64,000 nt of DNA, taken from contig NC_092676.1 in NCBI RefSeq assembly GCF_964355755.1, positions 25,004,871 through 25,068,870 on the forward strand, written 5' to 3'. Position 1 is the stretch's first letter. The number at the start of each line of letters is the position of its first letter. This DNA comes from Antedon mediterranea. Taxonomy: Eukaryota > Animalia > Echinodermata. Positions 28,801 through 43,800 of this stretch are shown here, in pieces. The translations under genes were made by a program, and so were the position numbers. Under the pieces are notes generated by a model. The model did no database searches. It was given only the letters and a program-made list of their open reading frames with translations, and was not told the DNA's origin.

Positions 28801-31800
28801 CCGTACCATAAAACCACAAAAGCTTTCAATATGTTCCAGTTTGATTGGATATGACACTCTTTTCACACTTGGCATGGTACAGTGGGATTGCATTTCTATG
28901 AATTGTAATTATTCAAAATTATTAATCACATTTAAAACTAACATTAAAAAATACCTTGTAGGCAATCTGAGGCTCTGTCTACACTATCAACCTAGTTTGA
29001 CAAAAAAAGTGTGATGTGCCCAATTATGGTAGTCATCGTGTCCATACAGTATATGGGTACATCACATTTTTTTGTCACATAAAGTTTGATATAAAAATTG
29101 TGTTTACAGACAGAGCTTTATGATAAAAGAATGTTGTTTTAACGAAAGAGATTATATTACAGTATAGAATTACATATGATTTAATGATAATTTGTGATGA
29201 GAAAAGGTTGCCATCAAATTGTAATGCAATATTAGGTTCAAAGAAAAATGAATAAACACAAAATTCAATATCAAATGAAATCATAAACAAATTTGATTAT
29301 AAGTTGTGATACGTGAAAGTGTTGACATCAAATTGTAATGCAATACCAAGTTCAATGAAAAAATGAATAATACAATATTCAATATAAAATCAAATCATAA
29401 TGGATGGTTGGTTAGGTGTGCAACAGAGGAATTATGAAATCAAAGGCGCCGATTGTACTCAAGTAATGTTCCAGTGGTTTCTATGTCAAATCTTTTTTAC
29501 GTTCTATGTGAAAAGTTGAATTTGTTCTTTCCTTTTTTTCTTTTTATGTACTCAATATTACCCAGCAATATTTAAATATATTACATAGCCTATGTATCTT
29601 ATATTTAACCTCTAAGCAGTCAATATCTGTATAATAGTAGCTGAATCCAAAATCAAAGTATTGAAGTTTGCTGGTTGGGATTGGGTTGTATTTTTCAAAG
29701 GGAATATATATAACAGGCTTTGAATGGATTCTGGCAGAACGAAAAATGGGACTGCTTGAAAATTGTTTTATATAATTTTAGATTGGTAGTTACTTCTACA
29801 GTATCATATCTGCTACTGATGTAAATGATGTATGCCATGAATAATAATTAATAATTAATATAAAGTTAAAAATAAATTCTTATAAATATTTGTATCCATC
29901 GCAATGTACAGTATGTATCGTTTGAGTAAACATTTGTTTGTTTGTTAACACAAGAACACTTTGGCTGATTCTGCAAAATTTAAATACATTTTTTGCATAT
30001 TGTAAAATCTTTCATCAAAAAATAAAACCATCCATCATATCTTAATATTTATTTCAATGACATTCGCATAATATGAATGCACACAACATTGCAGTAGTCA
30101 ACATGTCATCAATAAATGTTCGTATGTTAAAAGTCAAACTTAGTGACTGACATGATGCAAGTTATGTAAGCCCCAAGCGTTATATTACTTGTCATTAAAG
30201 ACGACCAACACAAAAACATGTTAGCAGACAAAGCTACAACTTCAGCAATCACCTGAAGTACCCATTCATGTTCCTGGGTGGTGACAATGTGACATAATTG
30301 ATAGTATTGTCCCCAATTTACTCTTGACAATCCTGGCTTTTTCTTATTAGCACACACTCTTACAGCCAAGCAGTCAAGACATGGGCACCGTTTATCGTAC
30401 CAAGAGAGCCAATATCGGCATGGGTTTGAGGCCGACTCGCTCCTACTAGTACTGGTGGTGGAAGAAATTTTCTTGGATAGACTATAAACCATAGGTGCAG
30501 TGTACACAGTTTACAAGTGTGTACTTTAAAAAACCCAGTTCATCATTCGAGATGAGTAGGGGAATACCCCAGTGAAATTGTTCACAAAATAACCATTGTG
30601 TCAAGGGGTTACCACCTATCTGATAGGACAGTGATTACTATAGTACAGTCATCCTTGGCCACAATTCCCTAAAGAAATAAACAACAACTTCTCATAGAAT
30701 ATCCTCCTAGTGCTGTATATCTTTCCTCTCACCCTTTATTAAGTATTTTCATTATTAGAAATCTGTTTCTACTACATAACATCTAATTTTACTTCAAAGT
30801 TTGTACTTCAAAAAAATCGGTGTGGGTGGTCATCACAAATAACCACAATGTGCTCAGGCAGTCAAACAAACGTTCAAAATTCTAGTGTCGTTGACCTAAG
30901 GTCATGGTGGTCAATCATAAAACCATTATCTTCTTGCACAGCGATAATAGTTTTATATAGCATTTCAACGCCGAATCAATTAGGGTTTTTAGTTATTATT
31001 TGAAATTTCTCCAGTTTCTGCTGGCAAAAAATGGTGTAATTTAGTCGCTTTATTTATAATAAACATTTTTTTTTCGCAGCAGAAACAAGACCAATGTTGA
31101 TGTAAGCGATACTTGTCTCCATGTCTTCATGAATGAGAGGAAATGACAGATAAATGTTTGGATACTCAAGCAACGCACAAGAGTTAAACAGTTTAATTGG
31201 ATCTGAGTGATACATTAATATGCATGTTTGACTTTCCTTTTGTTTGCTTTACATTTTCAAGGATATGAGAGTGTACACTAATGTACAAATGACGCACAAA
31301 CTAACGTGGGAACAAATGTTCCACTGATGGAAAAATAAAGAGTTATTATACGACTTTAGGCAGCAATTAACCATATAATGTAAGTGTTTTACTGGTGTAT
31401 TCTTTCTTTGTGTTTATTGAATTTCAGTTGAATGACTTATGGTCTTTTGAAACTCTACAACGACAAAAAATTGTTACATCATGATTTTACATTTTATCAA
31501 ATGAATTAAAACTTTAATAAAACTATACAACATGTTGTGTTATATATATACTAAGGAATTGGCTTGGCAATTTCTTTTTAGAATTCCTAACTTAAAAAAT
31601 TAAATCAAGATTTTGTTCCAAGCAAAAAGACATTATTTGAAGTAATTTCAAACTGTGGTACTTTAAAATTTGAAGTCAAAATTGTAAACATATTTATCAT
31701 ATTTCAAATGTCTTGGTCTTAATATGTGCGTGAATGAATTAGTTTGAAACTTAGATCAAAGCCGCAATAATTCTTTCCCATCTTCTTCCAGTTTCTATGT

Positions 31801-34800
31801 GCACACCTCTTTATCGAGTAATTTTAAAATGTGTATATTTTCATATGAACATGACATCAATATCACATTATATAGCAATGTGAAGGTACATTAAAGCAAT
31901 CAAGGGGCTACGAACACAAATTAGACAGACATTAGCACAATACACCGATAGCTATTATTTTTCTTTAATAGAAGATATTTTTATATTCATAAATATATGG
32001 TACTTTCCCTGAAGTGCACCCATCAACAATAACCCATCATTTGCACAAATGTGTTTCTTTTTTATTCTTCATTATGTTCATTTTAAATGAATGTTACTAT
32101 TTATTATTGATGAGTTTCACTTAATGACCTTTGTTCTTTTGATATAATGTTGATTTTGGACGAAATAAATGTTGAACTGAATTGACAGAAATATAATTAC
32201 TGTATATAAGTGCTGAAGTATTGAAATGAATGATAGGGGAGAAGAGGGGACTTTCCCACTGTCCCCTTGCATCTTTGTGATCTGTGGTTTTATGAAAGAA
32301 AATTTGGTTGGAAATAAAAAATCATGATACTGTTCTTTCTAATTACGGTTTCAAAGAAAAAAAATGTTTAACGTCACTAGACGTAATACCGCAAATTTAT
32401 CAGGTAAAAATATACATTAATATATATTAATATAATAAATGTTTACGATTTAATAGTTTTATGGCCAAACATACAAGGTCTTTAAATATAAATATCTATA
32501 GTAATAAAATTAGAACAAAATGAGGTTGAAATAATATCAATGTCATAAAAATAAGATAGAAAAACTAAACAAGAGACATTATATAATTTATTGTTTTAAA
32601 GGAAATGTGTACTAAAACAAGTTGCAATTTAGGAAATGTCACAAATAAATAAATTCCTACAACAATTATACTTATAAATAGAAATATGCAATCAACGTCA
32701 TTATGACGGAAGGAAAGCTCCAATCTAAAATCAATGGCATAATTACAAATTCAAACGACGATATTATCGCATAATCATTTTTGCTCTATTTCAAATGAAT
32801 GTTTTCCAAAATGTAATGAGAAAATATAGATGATTATGATGTTGATTGCAAACAGCTTCCTTGGCTATGAAATAACAGAAATATTCAAGGACAAAATAAT
32901 GTTCACAATAAATACATTCAATTTCAAAAAGGTTGTTTTAGTGAGAAGAATAAAGAAGGTCATGTCGCGAATTACCTTCATATTAAAAAAAAAAGTCAAT
33001 GATATTTCGGTTAAATGACATTTGTAAATTAATTCAAAACAACGTATCAATTTGAACGTCATTTAACAAATTTGAACTTCAGGTAAAAAATTAATGAGAA
33101 GTACTTACTTGACGTTTGCGAGTTAATACAGTTGTTTTCAGGATTTGGCTTTTCTGTGTCAGAATGAACCATGTCTGAATCAACATCAAGTGAATCTCGG
33201 TCTGAACTATCGTACAATTGGGTCTTAAGAACGAAATCATCCATGGTTTGAGGCACGAAACCATTGGTCTGTTGTGGACCACTAATACCGTCACCCAGAC
33301 TAGTGTTGCTGTTGGAATGTTTGTCTGTACAGGTTCCAGAATCGTGATTTGGAGAACTGGATCCTGTAAAAGATTTATATAGAGATTATACTTGAGGACA
33401 TAGTGTCATTCAACAAGTAGGAACAAAGCAAAATCTTATGGAAGATGTTAAAAGATTCTATGGAAACGCTAGAATTTATTGGGGATCTAGTACGCGAGCG
33501 CTAATTATTCTATGGTACGCATATACGATTCATCGCCGACAAAATCAGCAAAGTTGAACATGGTTGAACTTTGCCGATTTGACTGCGATGAATCGGGGAG
33601 CCTTCCCGATTTGACTGCGATGAATCGGGGAGCCTTCCCGATTGTGTCGGCGACATCTGCGCGTGTAGCGATTTTAATGGAAACGCTGTAGCGATTTTAT
33701 GGAAACCAGGCTTTAAAGAAGATGAAGATGTATTTTATGGAAACCAGGCTTTAAAGAAGATGAAGATGTATTTTTGTAATCTTTGTTTTGTATGTTTGGA
33801 TGTACTCTCCAAAATAAAGGAAATGATAAATAAAGGAATTAATGAAACAATCTCAAAGGGACAGTCTTGTTAAAAAGAAGCCAAACTCAAAGAGAAGATC
33901 AACTAAAAAAAAAAGCCAAACTCAAAGAGAAGATCAACTCAAAAAGAAGCCAAACTAAAGAGAAAGATCATGTAAAAATAAGCCAAACTCCAAGAGAAGA
34001 TCAACTCAAAAAGAAGCCAAACTCAAAGAAGATAAACTCAAAAAGAAGCCAAACTCAAAGAGAAGATGACGTAAAAAAATGGCCAATCTTCAAGAGAAGG
34101 TCACCTTATCAAGAAGCCAACCTCATAGAGAAGTTAATCCTAAAATTAAAGAGAAGATCACCTTAAAAAAATGGCCAATCTCCAAGAAAAGGTCATGTTA
34201 AAAAGAAGCCAATATCAAATAGAAAGTACTTATACACATAGTACAGCACTTAAATTTGTTATATAACAAAAAAACATTATCTAAATTGCACAGTGTGTCA
34301 CTAGATATCAAGAAGCTTATGTATCAAAATATAAATTGCCTTTAGCTGACCAATGAAAACGTTTATTAGTGAAACTTCTGAATCATTCACACACTTCAAA
34401 TATCGAAAAACAGCATGTAATAATGATTTAACCACAAGCAAAAAATATTAAAAACTTGTTAAAACAATTAGCAGAAGTCCAAATAAATAGATAATAAATG
34501 ATAAAGCACACAGCGATATGCAAAGGTCAGACCTACAGGTGAGAAAATTCATCAATATTTATTTACAACACTCTACTGCAGAGTTTTATGAATTTAAATC
34601 AATAGTATGTATATTAAAACTGATAGAAGCTAAAGAGTCAAGCACTTTTTTAAAATAAGTAAATGTCATAGTAGTGCGGCAGATTTGGACAGGTAAACTT
34701 TACCTGTAATTAGGGCCTCTTCTGATCACCCAAAGGCAACCCTGGGAAAGGTCTTCACATTTTAAATATTATTGAATATTTTTTATCTGAAGAAGAGTAT

Positions 34801-37800
34801 CACATTCTAAAATAAGAACATATTTGCAATACATTTTTCAATTCTATTTTTTAGAATTTAGAGGGCAATCCTAATAATACATATCATTATTTTATACATA
34901 TGATTCTACAGTACCTACTGTATGCAGCACCTATTTCTTTCCTGATCAGTTTTGTATCTGCACTGTAATTCATATTTAAAAATGCGATTTACTAACTTTA
35001 TAGATTCTGGGATATCCCTATATATTAGATTATTAATCAACCCTTAACGAGTTTTAATAGCTGTTGAATAGCGTTACAGAGTATACGTCACCCTTCTTTA
35101 CCATCGCGCAAACATTGCAATTTTAGCCGTTGACGTTTTGTTTTCGTGAATAACTGACTAGATGTTGCGGTTCTCTGTTGCAACTAGCAGCATGTATAGG
35201 GTGTTATGAAATCTTGTAAAAACAATCTGTAATACACTACTGTACACTTCCCAGTTGTAGGCTTAAAGATTATTACTATGGAAATATTATTTATAGCTCT
35301 CTGTGGAACCCATTGGTTGTGAATATTTGTACTAGGTTATGGAAACAACATTTAATTGACAGAAAATGATTTATCGTACAAGTGAGTATAATTTTCAACA
35401 TCTACCCATGAAAAAAATTGTTGTAGAAAAATTCATAATCAGGAGATATACTAAGAATCAAATCCCTTTCTTACTCAAGAGTGAAGTTTATTCAGGAGAT
35501 GAGGGAGTGAAGTGGGGAGTGAATGGGGGAAGTTGAGGGAGTGGGGAGGGGTGTGCAAGGGTGGGAGGTTGAGGGTGTGAGAAGTATATTAAACCTTTAT
35601 CTTAATTTATCTAGTTTGTTATTAATGATGTGAAAAGGGCACACATTAAAAAAAAGTTAGGCACTTACGGAATACAGAAAAAGTATCTTCAATAAAAAAT
35701 AGTTCTCATCCAAATGACATTGACATTTGAAGATATTGAAATTCTCCCTTAATGTGGTTAAAGAACTTTAGATTTATTTAAATGTATGCATAAATGTATG
35801 CATTTACTATAAATCATGAAAACAAATTTACAATGTTCAAAAAACGTTCGATCATAAAATGATTTTCGAGGTTCGACTTCAGATATGAAGACTAAAAATC
35901 AATCTCTGTGCATTTATCAAGAAAAAAATAGGCGTTGTCTCTCACACACAGTTCCTGTAGAGGACAGAATTATTGTTTCTATTAATAACTGACTGTAGAA
36001 GAGGACTTCGACAATGGTAAGTGTATATGAATGTAAATCATTTAGGCCAGTGTTAGATTAGATAGGTAATAACACAATTTAAACAAAAACTGAAGGAAAT
36101 TAAATAACTAAAACGACTGAAAAATACTGGAAAAACCAAATTAAGATTACATTTACAAAATAACAAACCATCCTTACAAAAAGAAAAAATATTAGCAAAT
36201 CATCCTGCCCTAAACAGACAAAAATTGAAACAAAGAAAATGGAAAAAAGCGTTAAAGTGTTAAAAGACGTTAAGAAAGAAGATTATATAGTTATTTTGAC
36301 AAAAAGCCCTAATAAATACATTTGATTTGATTAATAATATCAAGCCAACACGCTAGTAATATTTAGGTTGTGATGTTAGAACACCACGCTACAAGAAAGC
36401 AGCCTAATCCTTGATAATACTAATCAATCAAACATTGATATAGAGTCGCTTTAATGTGACTGTTTCATCGCCATTCCTCTTACAAATGCAAAACCTTTAT
36501 AACCAAAACGCATCAAAAACTATACTTTCCAATTTTACAAGATGTAATTAAGTTTAATGAAGTTTCCTAATGGTGCTTTAATTGGTATGATTGTGTTTAA
36601 TCCACCACCCTTCCATTTCTTGCATTTCCAAACTGACTGCAAAGTGAACAATCAAAGACTACTTGACATTATGAAACAACCGTCCATGAATTAAGGAGCA
36701 TAAGATTACATAATCGAAGGCAGATTTCTCATCTTTTATTCTACTTATATTATGATTTCACCATAGAGACCTATTAACAGTTAACTAGTACTACTGTAGG
36801 AGATGGCATAAATGTGAAGCTGGACAGGGACTCTTCAAAATGACCACAATACATGTTCAAAAATATAATTTTTTTCTTTTAAAAATAATTTGTTCTACAT
36901 TGACTTGTTGAATGTGTAGTTCTAATAGTCTATGGATCAAAAGTACACCAGACACATAGATAACAATATATCTTAAACTTAAACCTCTAAACATTTCTAT
37001 TCATTGAATTTATATAGATAAAAGTGAGAAAATTAGTCTATATTTTAACAAAATTATTTTAACTAAATATTTATAACAATTACAAAGTAATTTAATACTT
37101 TATTTTAAATGTATACATTGCTTTAATTTTTATTAGCGTACCTAATGACAGGTACAATGGACAGCAAACTATAGTTATTGATATGTATGTACAATAACGG
37201 ATACATCTTCATGTTTTTATTAACAAAACAGTTTTATCTAATGAAGAAATGCCATGCCTTCTGGAAAATAATCAATCAAATACAGTATACAAGTTTTATT
37301 TATTTTTTTTTTTTATTTATTTTTTTTTTTACTTTTTTTAATGAAATTTCATGCTTTATTTAGTTAAAAATTGCAATCCATCAAACTTTATTGAAAAGAA
37401 ATTCAATCTTAGTCCAATGTAAAATAAAGAATGTTTAATAGTTTGCAACACTAACTTCCTTACATAATGCTTCACTTGTGGAACAGTTAAAGCACAATGC
37501 ACAGTGCAATAGATATTTGTCATATTGTGTGTTTACATCATAAAACAACGCAGTTTTTTCAAAAGTAGTTTCAAAATGAGATTGAGATGTCGGGGTCGGG
37601 TGCAGACAAACATTTCTATTGTTCATACAAATAATTATTTAGAATTGTTGTGTGTTATAAGTCAGTAAAGTAACTTAAGTTACATATTTTTGTCTCAAAA
37701 AGTAGATGTCTAAATTCAAACATAAAGACCTTGTTTTATTATAAAGTTTCCAGTTTTTTCACTTAAGCACTTTAAATATCTTGACTTAAGCAAAAAAAAT

Positions 37801-40800
37801 TGACTGTTTGCCATTACAAATTGTAAAAGACAAAAAACATATATCAACTTGTATACAGTAGGTAAAAATATTGTGTATAATGTACCACTAAAAATGGTTA
37901 AAGGTGTATTGTCCTCCTGAAAAAAAATTTTTTTGTAAAAATATGTCACATAATAGTTATATTCACTTTGGCCAATAATTGGACCAAAAAAATGTATTTA
38001 CCTGAAAAAAACAGTAATATAAAGCAAAAATTAGACAAATTGACTTTTTTGGTTGGCCAATGATGAGTTTTTGGCTGAATTCAACCATTTATTTTGTAAT
38101 TTTTTTATAACTGAAAACATTGTTTTTTCTACGGAAGTGATTAACTTTGTTATTAAAACTACAAAATGCCCTATTCAAAGTCTGATTTTATTAATCTTCA
38201 GTTATCATGTTTTTGGTAGACAATACATCTTTAACTTTAAAACTCTAATTACGGAAATGGATGAAAAGGTCGTGAAGTAAGTGTCATGGTTTATACATAC
38301 GTTGAGAGGATAATTCCATAATCTCTACCCAATCTTCATTGAAATCTGAAGAGGCATCACTGGAACTGTCTCTGATTGATGGAATATCTGAAGCATCATA
38401 GTATAAAGATCTGAAATGAAACATTTAAAGAGATTACATTTGGGAAAAAAATGAGAGAAGTTGTCAGATGATATATCTGAATAAAATTGAAGTATACAGA
38501 TCTGGAATGAACTGTTTTAACAGATTGAATAAAAAAAACATCTTCCTAACCAAACTTGTCTTTTGAGTGATGGAATAAATATATAATGTATATTTCTATA
38601 AAGCATCATGTGCCATCCAGTCTCAGTTTAATGCATGGTAGAAAGTTCTATATAATGGTTCAGTTAAGGCCAACTTACCAGACAGAGTCTTACGATGAGG
38701 CCCAACAAAACGTCTCGTCAGGAGAAAATTTCCCCATGTTTAAAGTTCTCCCGATTACCTACAATCTATGCCTAGCGCTATCTAAGATGACTCGTCTCGT
38801 CGGTATTCAAATCACACAGCACCGACGAGTCAAGACATTTTGTTGGGCCTCAGGATATTGATTACTTTTTTCTTTTGTTGTTCATTTAAGAAATTAAACT
38901 TTTAATTTGTTGGTGGATTAAAATGATTAGGTTTTAAAAAAGACTGACCAATTTCTTAGTAGTATGGGCATTCTAAAACAAAATGATATTCATTTTCAAC
39001 CTCATTGCATTTTCAAATTTTACAAATTCGTTTTTCCCCTTCAATTCCTGTCCATCTTCCTATTTCGTTTTCAAGATTTAAAATTCCTAAACTTAATTTA
39101 TTTATGATTTGCTTAAACTTGAAGTTTTGAATATCAACTTAAAAATCCAGAGAGATATGAAAACAGGTTGATATCAATGTACAATATCATTTTTTCTTAA
39201 ATTTATTGGAGATTGTCTGTATGTGGATTAGTATGTTATTGTTCTCCTAAAAGTAGAGCAAATTGCTATCCTTGGAAGACTGGATACCAAACGCATTAAA
39301 ATAGATTGTCTCTCAACTTCCATTTCATTTAATCGGCAAAATAGAAAAAAAGCCAGAGATATGTCTACTGATTAACTTAGGCCTACTTTTAATGATTACA
39401 CAAATTCAGAGCATTCTTCCCCATTCGTCATTTTTACCAATCATGCAAATGCTTTCTTATCACCAACAACAATGTGTTCAATTAAAGTAAAAACATCCAT
39501 AGTATGCGGCTTTAAACAATATAGATCCTCCAGATGATGTTAAACAATCTCAAAAATTTAAATTGTGTTCATGTTGTTAGCATATTATAAGAAGCCAATT
39601 ATTCTCTATTCTCAATTAGCCATTATTGCGAATGGAAGCCTGAAGCTCTGTCTACACTATCAAACTTTATGTTACAAATAATGTGATTTGCCCATATATT
39701 ATGTATGATGATGTTATATCACTACCGTATTTTTTGTCAAATTAGTTTGATAGTGTACTGAGTATGACAAGGAAGGAGAGACATAAATAGTAATAGTCTG
39801 TCAAAAATAGATAGATATCAAAAATCCGTTCATAATTTCATTTTAGCTGTTAAAAAGGGGATGTGGCTGGTGGGAAGGGACGAGCCAAATGCTACCCTAC
39901 TAAGATCCAGAAACAAAAGAGAATACTGAAAGAAGAATGGGTTTTATTTCATCAATAATTAGAAATTAAAGGTCTGAAACCAAAATGAATAGATTGACTT
40001 ACTCTGTTGATGCAAAGTCGGAGCCAGTTATGAATTTTGCTTCAAAACTAGAAGGTAAAAACGAATAAACATCTTCGTCATCTGTCAATGGTCCGCCCGT
40101 ATTAGTACTGGAACACGTCATAAGCTAAAAATTAATATAATTACAATTCGTAAATTAGGGTTTGTATAAAAAATGCTATCCGGTTTAAAACTGAACTGGT
40201 AGTACTATGTAAAGCTCTAGTTTTACACTGTCAAACTTTATGTGACAACAAAATGTTATGTGGCCATATATGGACATGATGTCATATCAGTACCATATTT
40301 GGGCATATCACTACCATATTTGGGCATATCACTACCATATTTGAGCACGTACACATTTTTTTGTCAAACTAGTTTGATAGGGCAGACAGAGATTAGTAAA
40401 AAAATAGTAAAATAATTAAAATTAAACAATATCTTACACAACAAAAATCCAAAATTCATTTTTATAACTATAAAAAGGTATAATAAAACTTGTGATATTA
40501 TTTCAAATGCTATTGTTCAAGAGATTAATGTGTCTGTAGTTATGTAATTTTGAAAAAATTGAATGTCTTTGTCAAAGTCAATAAACGAAAGTTTATAGAT
40601 ATTTTCCGTTTTACTTCATAAAATTTAATCACGGAGATAACTTTAATGTTTCCTAGCTGCATCGCAAATGAATCAAAACGGATTAAAGAATTTACGATGG
40701 TTTAAAAAGTGATCTTGTCTAATGCCAAGATTTATATACTAGATTTATAGCATGTTTATTATATAAAAAGATCCACTTTTTAGTGTATTATTTAGTTCTT

Positions 40801-43800
40801 TATTTGCAACACAATTTGTAAGATCTGTTTAATACAATATGTCACAAGATACATCATCATAAGAAGGGCATGTTCTTTGAAAGTAAACATTTTCCATTTA
40901 TTTATTATGTAATATGATCAATGCATTATATTTATAAGTCAGGCCTTTTATGGGTATAAAAGGACACCATATTTATTGTGCTGTATCTTGATTTCTGGTA
41001 ATAATCGGGAAATATTCTGTATCCAGGGCCTATCATTGTCGACCGACGAATCAGCACTGCTCGGAGTGCGACCAATTTGACAGGAAGGGACCCAATAGGG
41101 AAGTTGAAATTTGTTGTACAAGAATGTTAATATACAAATCATATACACCAAATAATTTTAAATACTTACAGATATTCTATCGTCAAGGTTACATGTTTTA
41201 CATACACTAGATTGGTGAGGATGTTGGTATGGTACTTTACAGCATTGCCTGTGAACAGAAAAAGTAAATCATGGCTAAGAGGAATTTACACTAGTGTTGC
41301 ATAAAACTAGTGGTGCATAAAAAAAGTGGGTGGGGGGTTGGTGGGGTTCGTATTTCTACCGGATTCTAATTTCTTTTGTTTTATGTAAACAAATATGCAT
41401 GCATATCTATTTTCGTTGATCATTATCGTCCTAGTGTAAATAGGCCTTAAAGATAAATTACCATATAAACACCTTTAATGGATGTAGGGAAATGAATGTC
41501 AGAGTTAATATATTGAGTGATGAAAATTATTAGAAAATGATGCTAATATTTATTGTCAACCCTTCCTACACATATTAACATCTTTATGTCAGTCACTCTG
41601 CGATTTCTACGGATACATCAGTATTACACTAGATTCTCTTAAGGGTTTATTAAGCATAGATAATCTCACATTTATCATCTTTTAAACCGGCTCAGGTTTA
41701 TAATACTGTGAAGTAGTGTTGGGTATTAGTAAAATATAATTGTGTTTGTGAGGAATCGGAAATGGCTAGAGCATGATAAATGAAAATATGTAGTCAGAGT
41801 CATACAGGTGTGACTGGGCAAAGTGTATAGTTCTAGACCAGGTGTCAATCAAATAGTATACAAATAATGAATGTTTATGATTTTAATGGTACAAATAATG
41901 GCATGAGGTGAATGATGAAAGGTTATATTTCAATGAGGCAAAGCCGAGTTGGTATTAACCCTTTCATCATTCACCAAATGCCACTATTTGTACCATTACA
42001 CCAATATAAAACATTCATTATTTGTTTTATATAACATCTAAATTAACATTCCTGTCATTTAAATCAAATAAAATGTAGGCCTAGTCAAGAGGCCTACATT
42101 TGATTCACATTGATTATATGATGGCTGAGGCTTCTGGCTCACAAGCTATAAGAGCTTCATTGTCTCTTTAGAAGTCCCAGACGTTTTTCATCAAAAAAAG
42201 AAATGAAATGAGATGGATGCTTGTTTTCTATCAAGTTGCCCTCCTTTAGGACAGCCCTATTCAGGGGACACTGGAACACTTTCCCATGAAACAAATAATT
42301 TATATAATTTTAACCCCAAAAAACACTTTCTTATGTTTCTTTATAGCAGTACACTCACTTTAACAACTTAACAGTCTGGTACATCAAATATTGTGACAAC
42401 TTTCCAACGTGAGAATTTACTGTAAACATATTGTTTAAATCATATTGCAACACTCACAATTAACTGGTATGTATCTAACTAATGCAGGGCAATCAAAAGT
42501 TTCCCTTCGATGAACTGACTTAGTTTTAATTCTAACTAAAAAGTAGTTTGGGCAAGCAGCCTATTACAATAATAAATTTTAATAATCATTTATTGCTTTT
42601 AGATAAGAATCTGCGAATCAAATTAAATGAATTCCCTGTTCCCTACAGAGCACAAATGCAATTTACTTAAACAATAACAGTCTGCGTTTTATCATAGAGA
42701 ACTCTATTTTATTCATCTAAGATCTTAATTCAGTTTGTTACTATTCATTACTGTCCCTAAAGCAAAATTGAAAAATAAAATAATCTTCATGATGCCGATG
42801 CCGATGCAGATATTTATTTAACAATGAAAAAGTAATAATAAATTCCATCAAAAATAATTTAATTCTATTTTCCAAGTTTTTTTAATTATCATTTTTAGCT
42901 ATATATCATTTGTTTATTGTCCCTATGGTGATAATGAAACAAATGTATTGCATTATTAGAAAGAACACAGATTTGTAAACAATATGTCAAAAAGATGGCA
43001 TTTTCTTTACTGTAAATCTACGCTCTTGATCCACCAAGGAATGTCCACAATAGAACCTCTCCTTTGGAACACAAATGTCAAGGAGAAATGCCTATTAAAT
43101 GACCACTTTCCTATGAAATGACTATATATGGCCAACACCTATTTATGGACCTTTAAGGGGGATACTTTGTACAGACCAACATGTGTTTCCTAAATTGGGT
43201 TTTTATTGTAGTCAGTAAATAAGAATAAAACATGCATATGATTAATAGAAATGTTAAACTTTACTTACACATAATTTTCTGGTATAAAATTAACAGTAAC
43301 CGTTCTGCCAATTGTGAGGAGGGACGATGCAGGTTTAACTATATTGGACTCCATCTTTTCCATAGACAATGCTTCACTTCTTCGACTGAAATGCTATTAC
43401 AGTATACAAACAAATGAATGTTTATGAGTGCGATGGTACAAATAATTTCACAATCTCTAGTTCAATACATTCTAATACTACCAAACATAATGCTAATAAT
43501 AATGCAAACAAATTAATATATTATGTATTCATTTTCATAAATACAGTATTATTGTGAAACACAAAAATTCTTCTCTATAAAAATATGTATATCTTAAGTT
43601 TAAAGCCAATAATGAATCACACGGACTTAGTAGATCTTTTAATTGTCTTTACACATGAATTTACAAGGGATCATTATTTCTGCTTTCTTGAGAGTGCTTT
43701 GGACAGCATGTGAACAATCTATATTTTGTTCAAGCAAGCTACCATCATAATGAACATTTTTCAAAGCTTCACTTGATAGAGGGCAACATACAATTAATGT

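Noticed and set aside
35495-35580. G-quadruplex-prone G-rich tract
   Set aside because: Low-complexity tract, C-rich in the SMCR8 transcript; nothing supports function.
35669-35686. Possible 18-nt phase 1-1 SMCR8 microexon (HTFSVF) with GTAAGT donor
   Set aside because: Weak AAG acceptor and no homology support; needs RNA-seq.
40948-41151. 67-aa minus-strand ORF as an extra SMCR8 exon
   Set aside because: No acceptor/donor pair keeps the phase between exons 9 and 10; the gene model closes without it.
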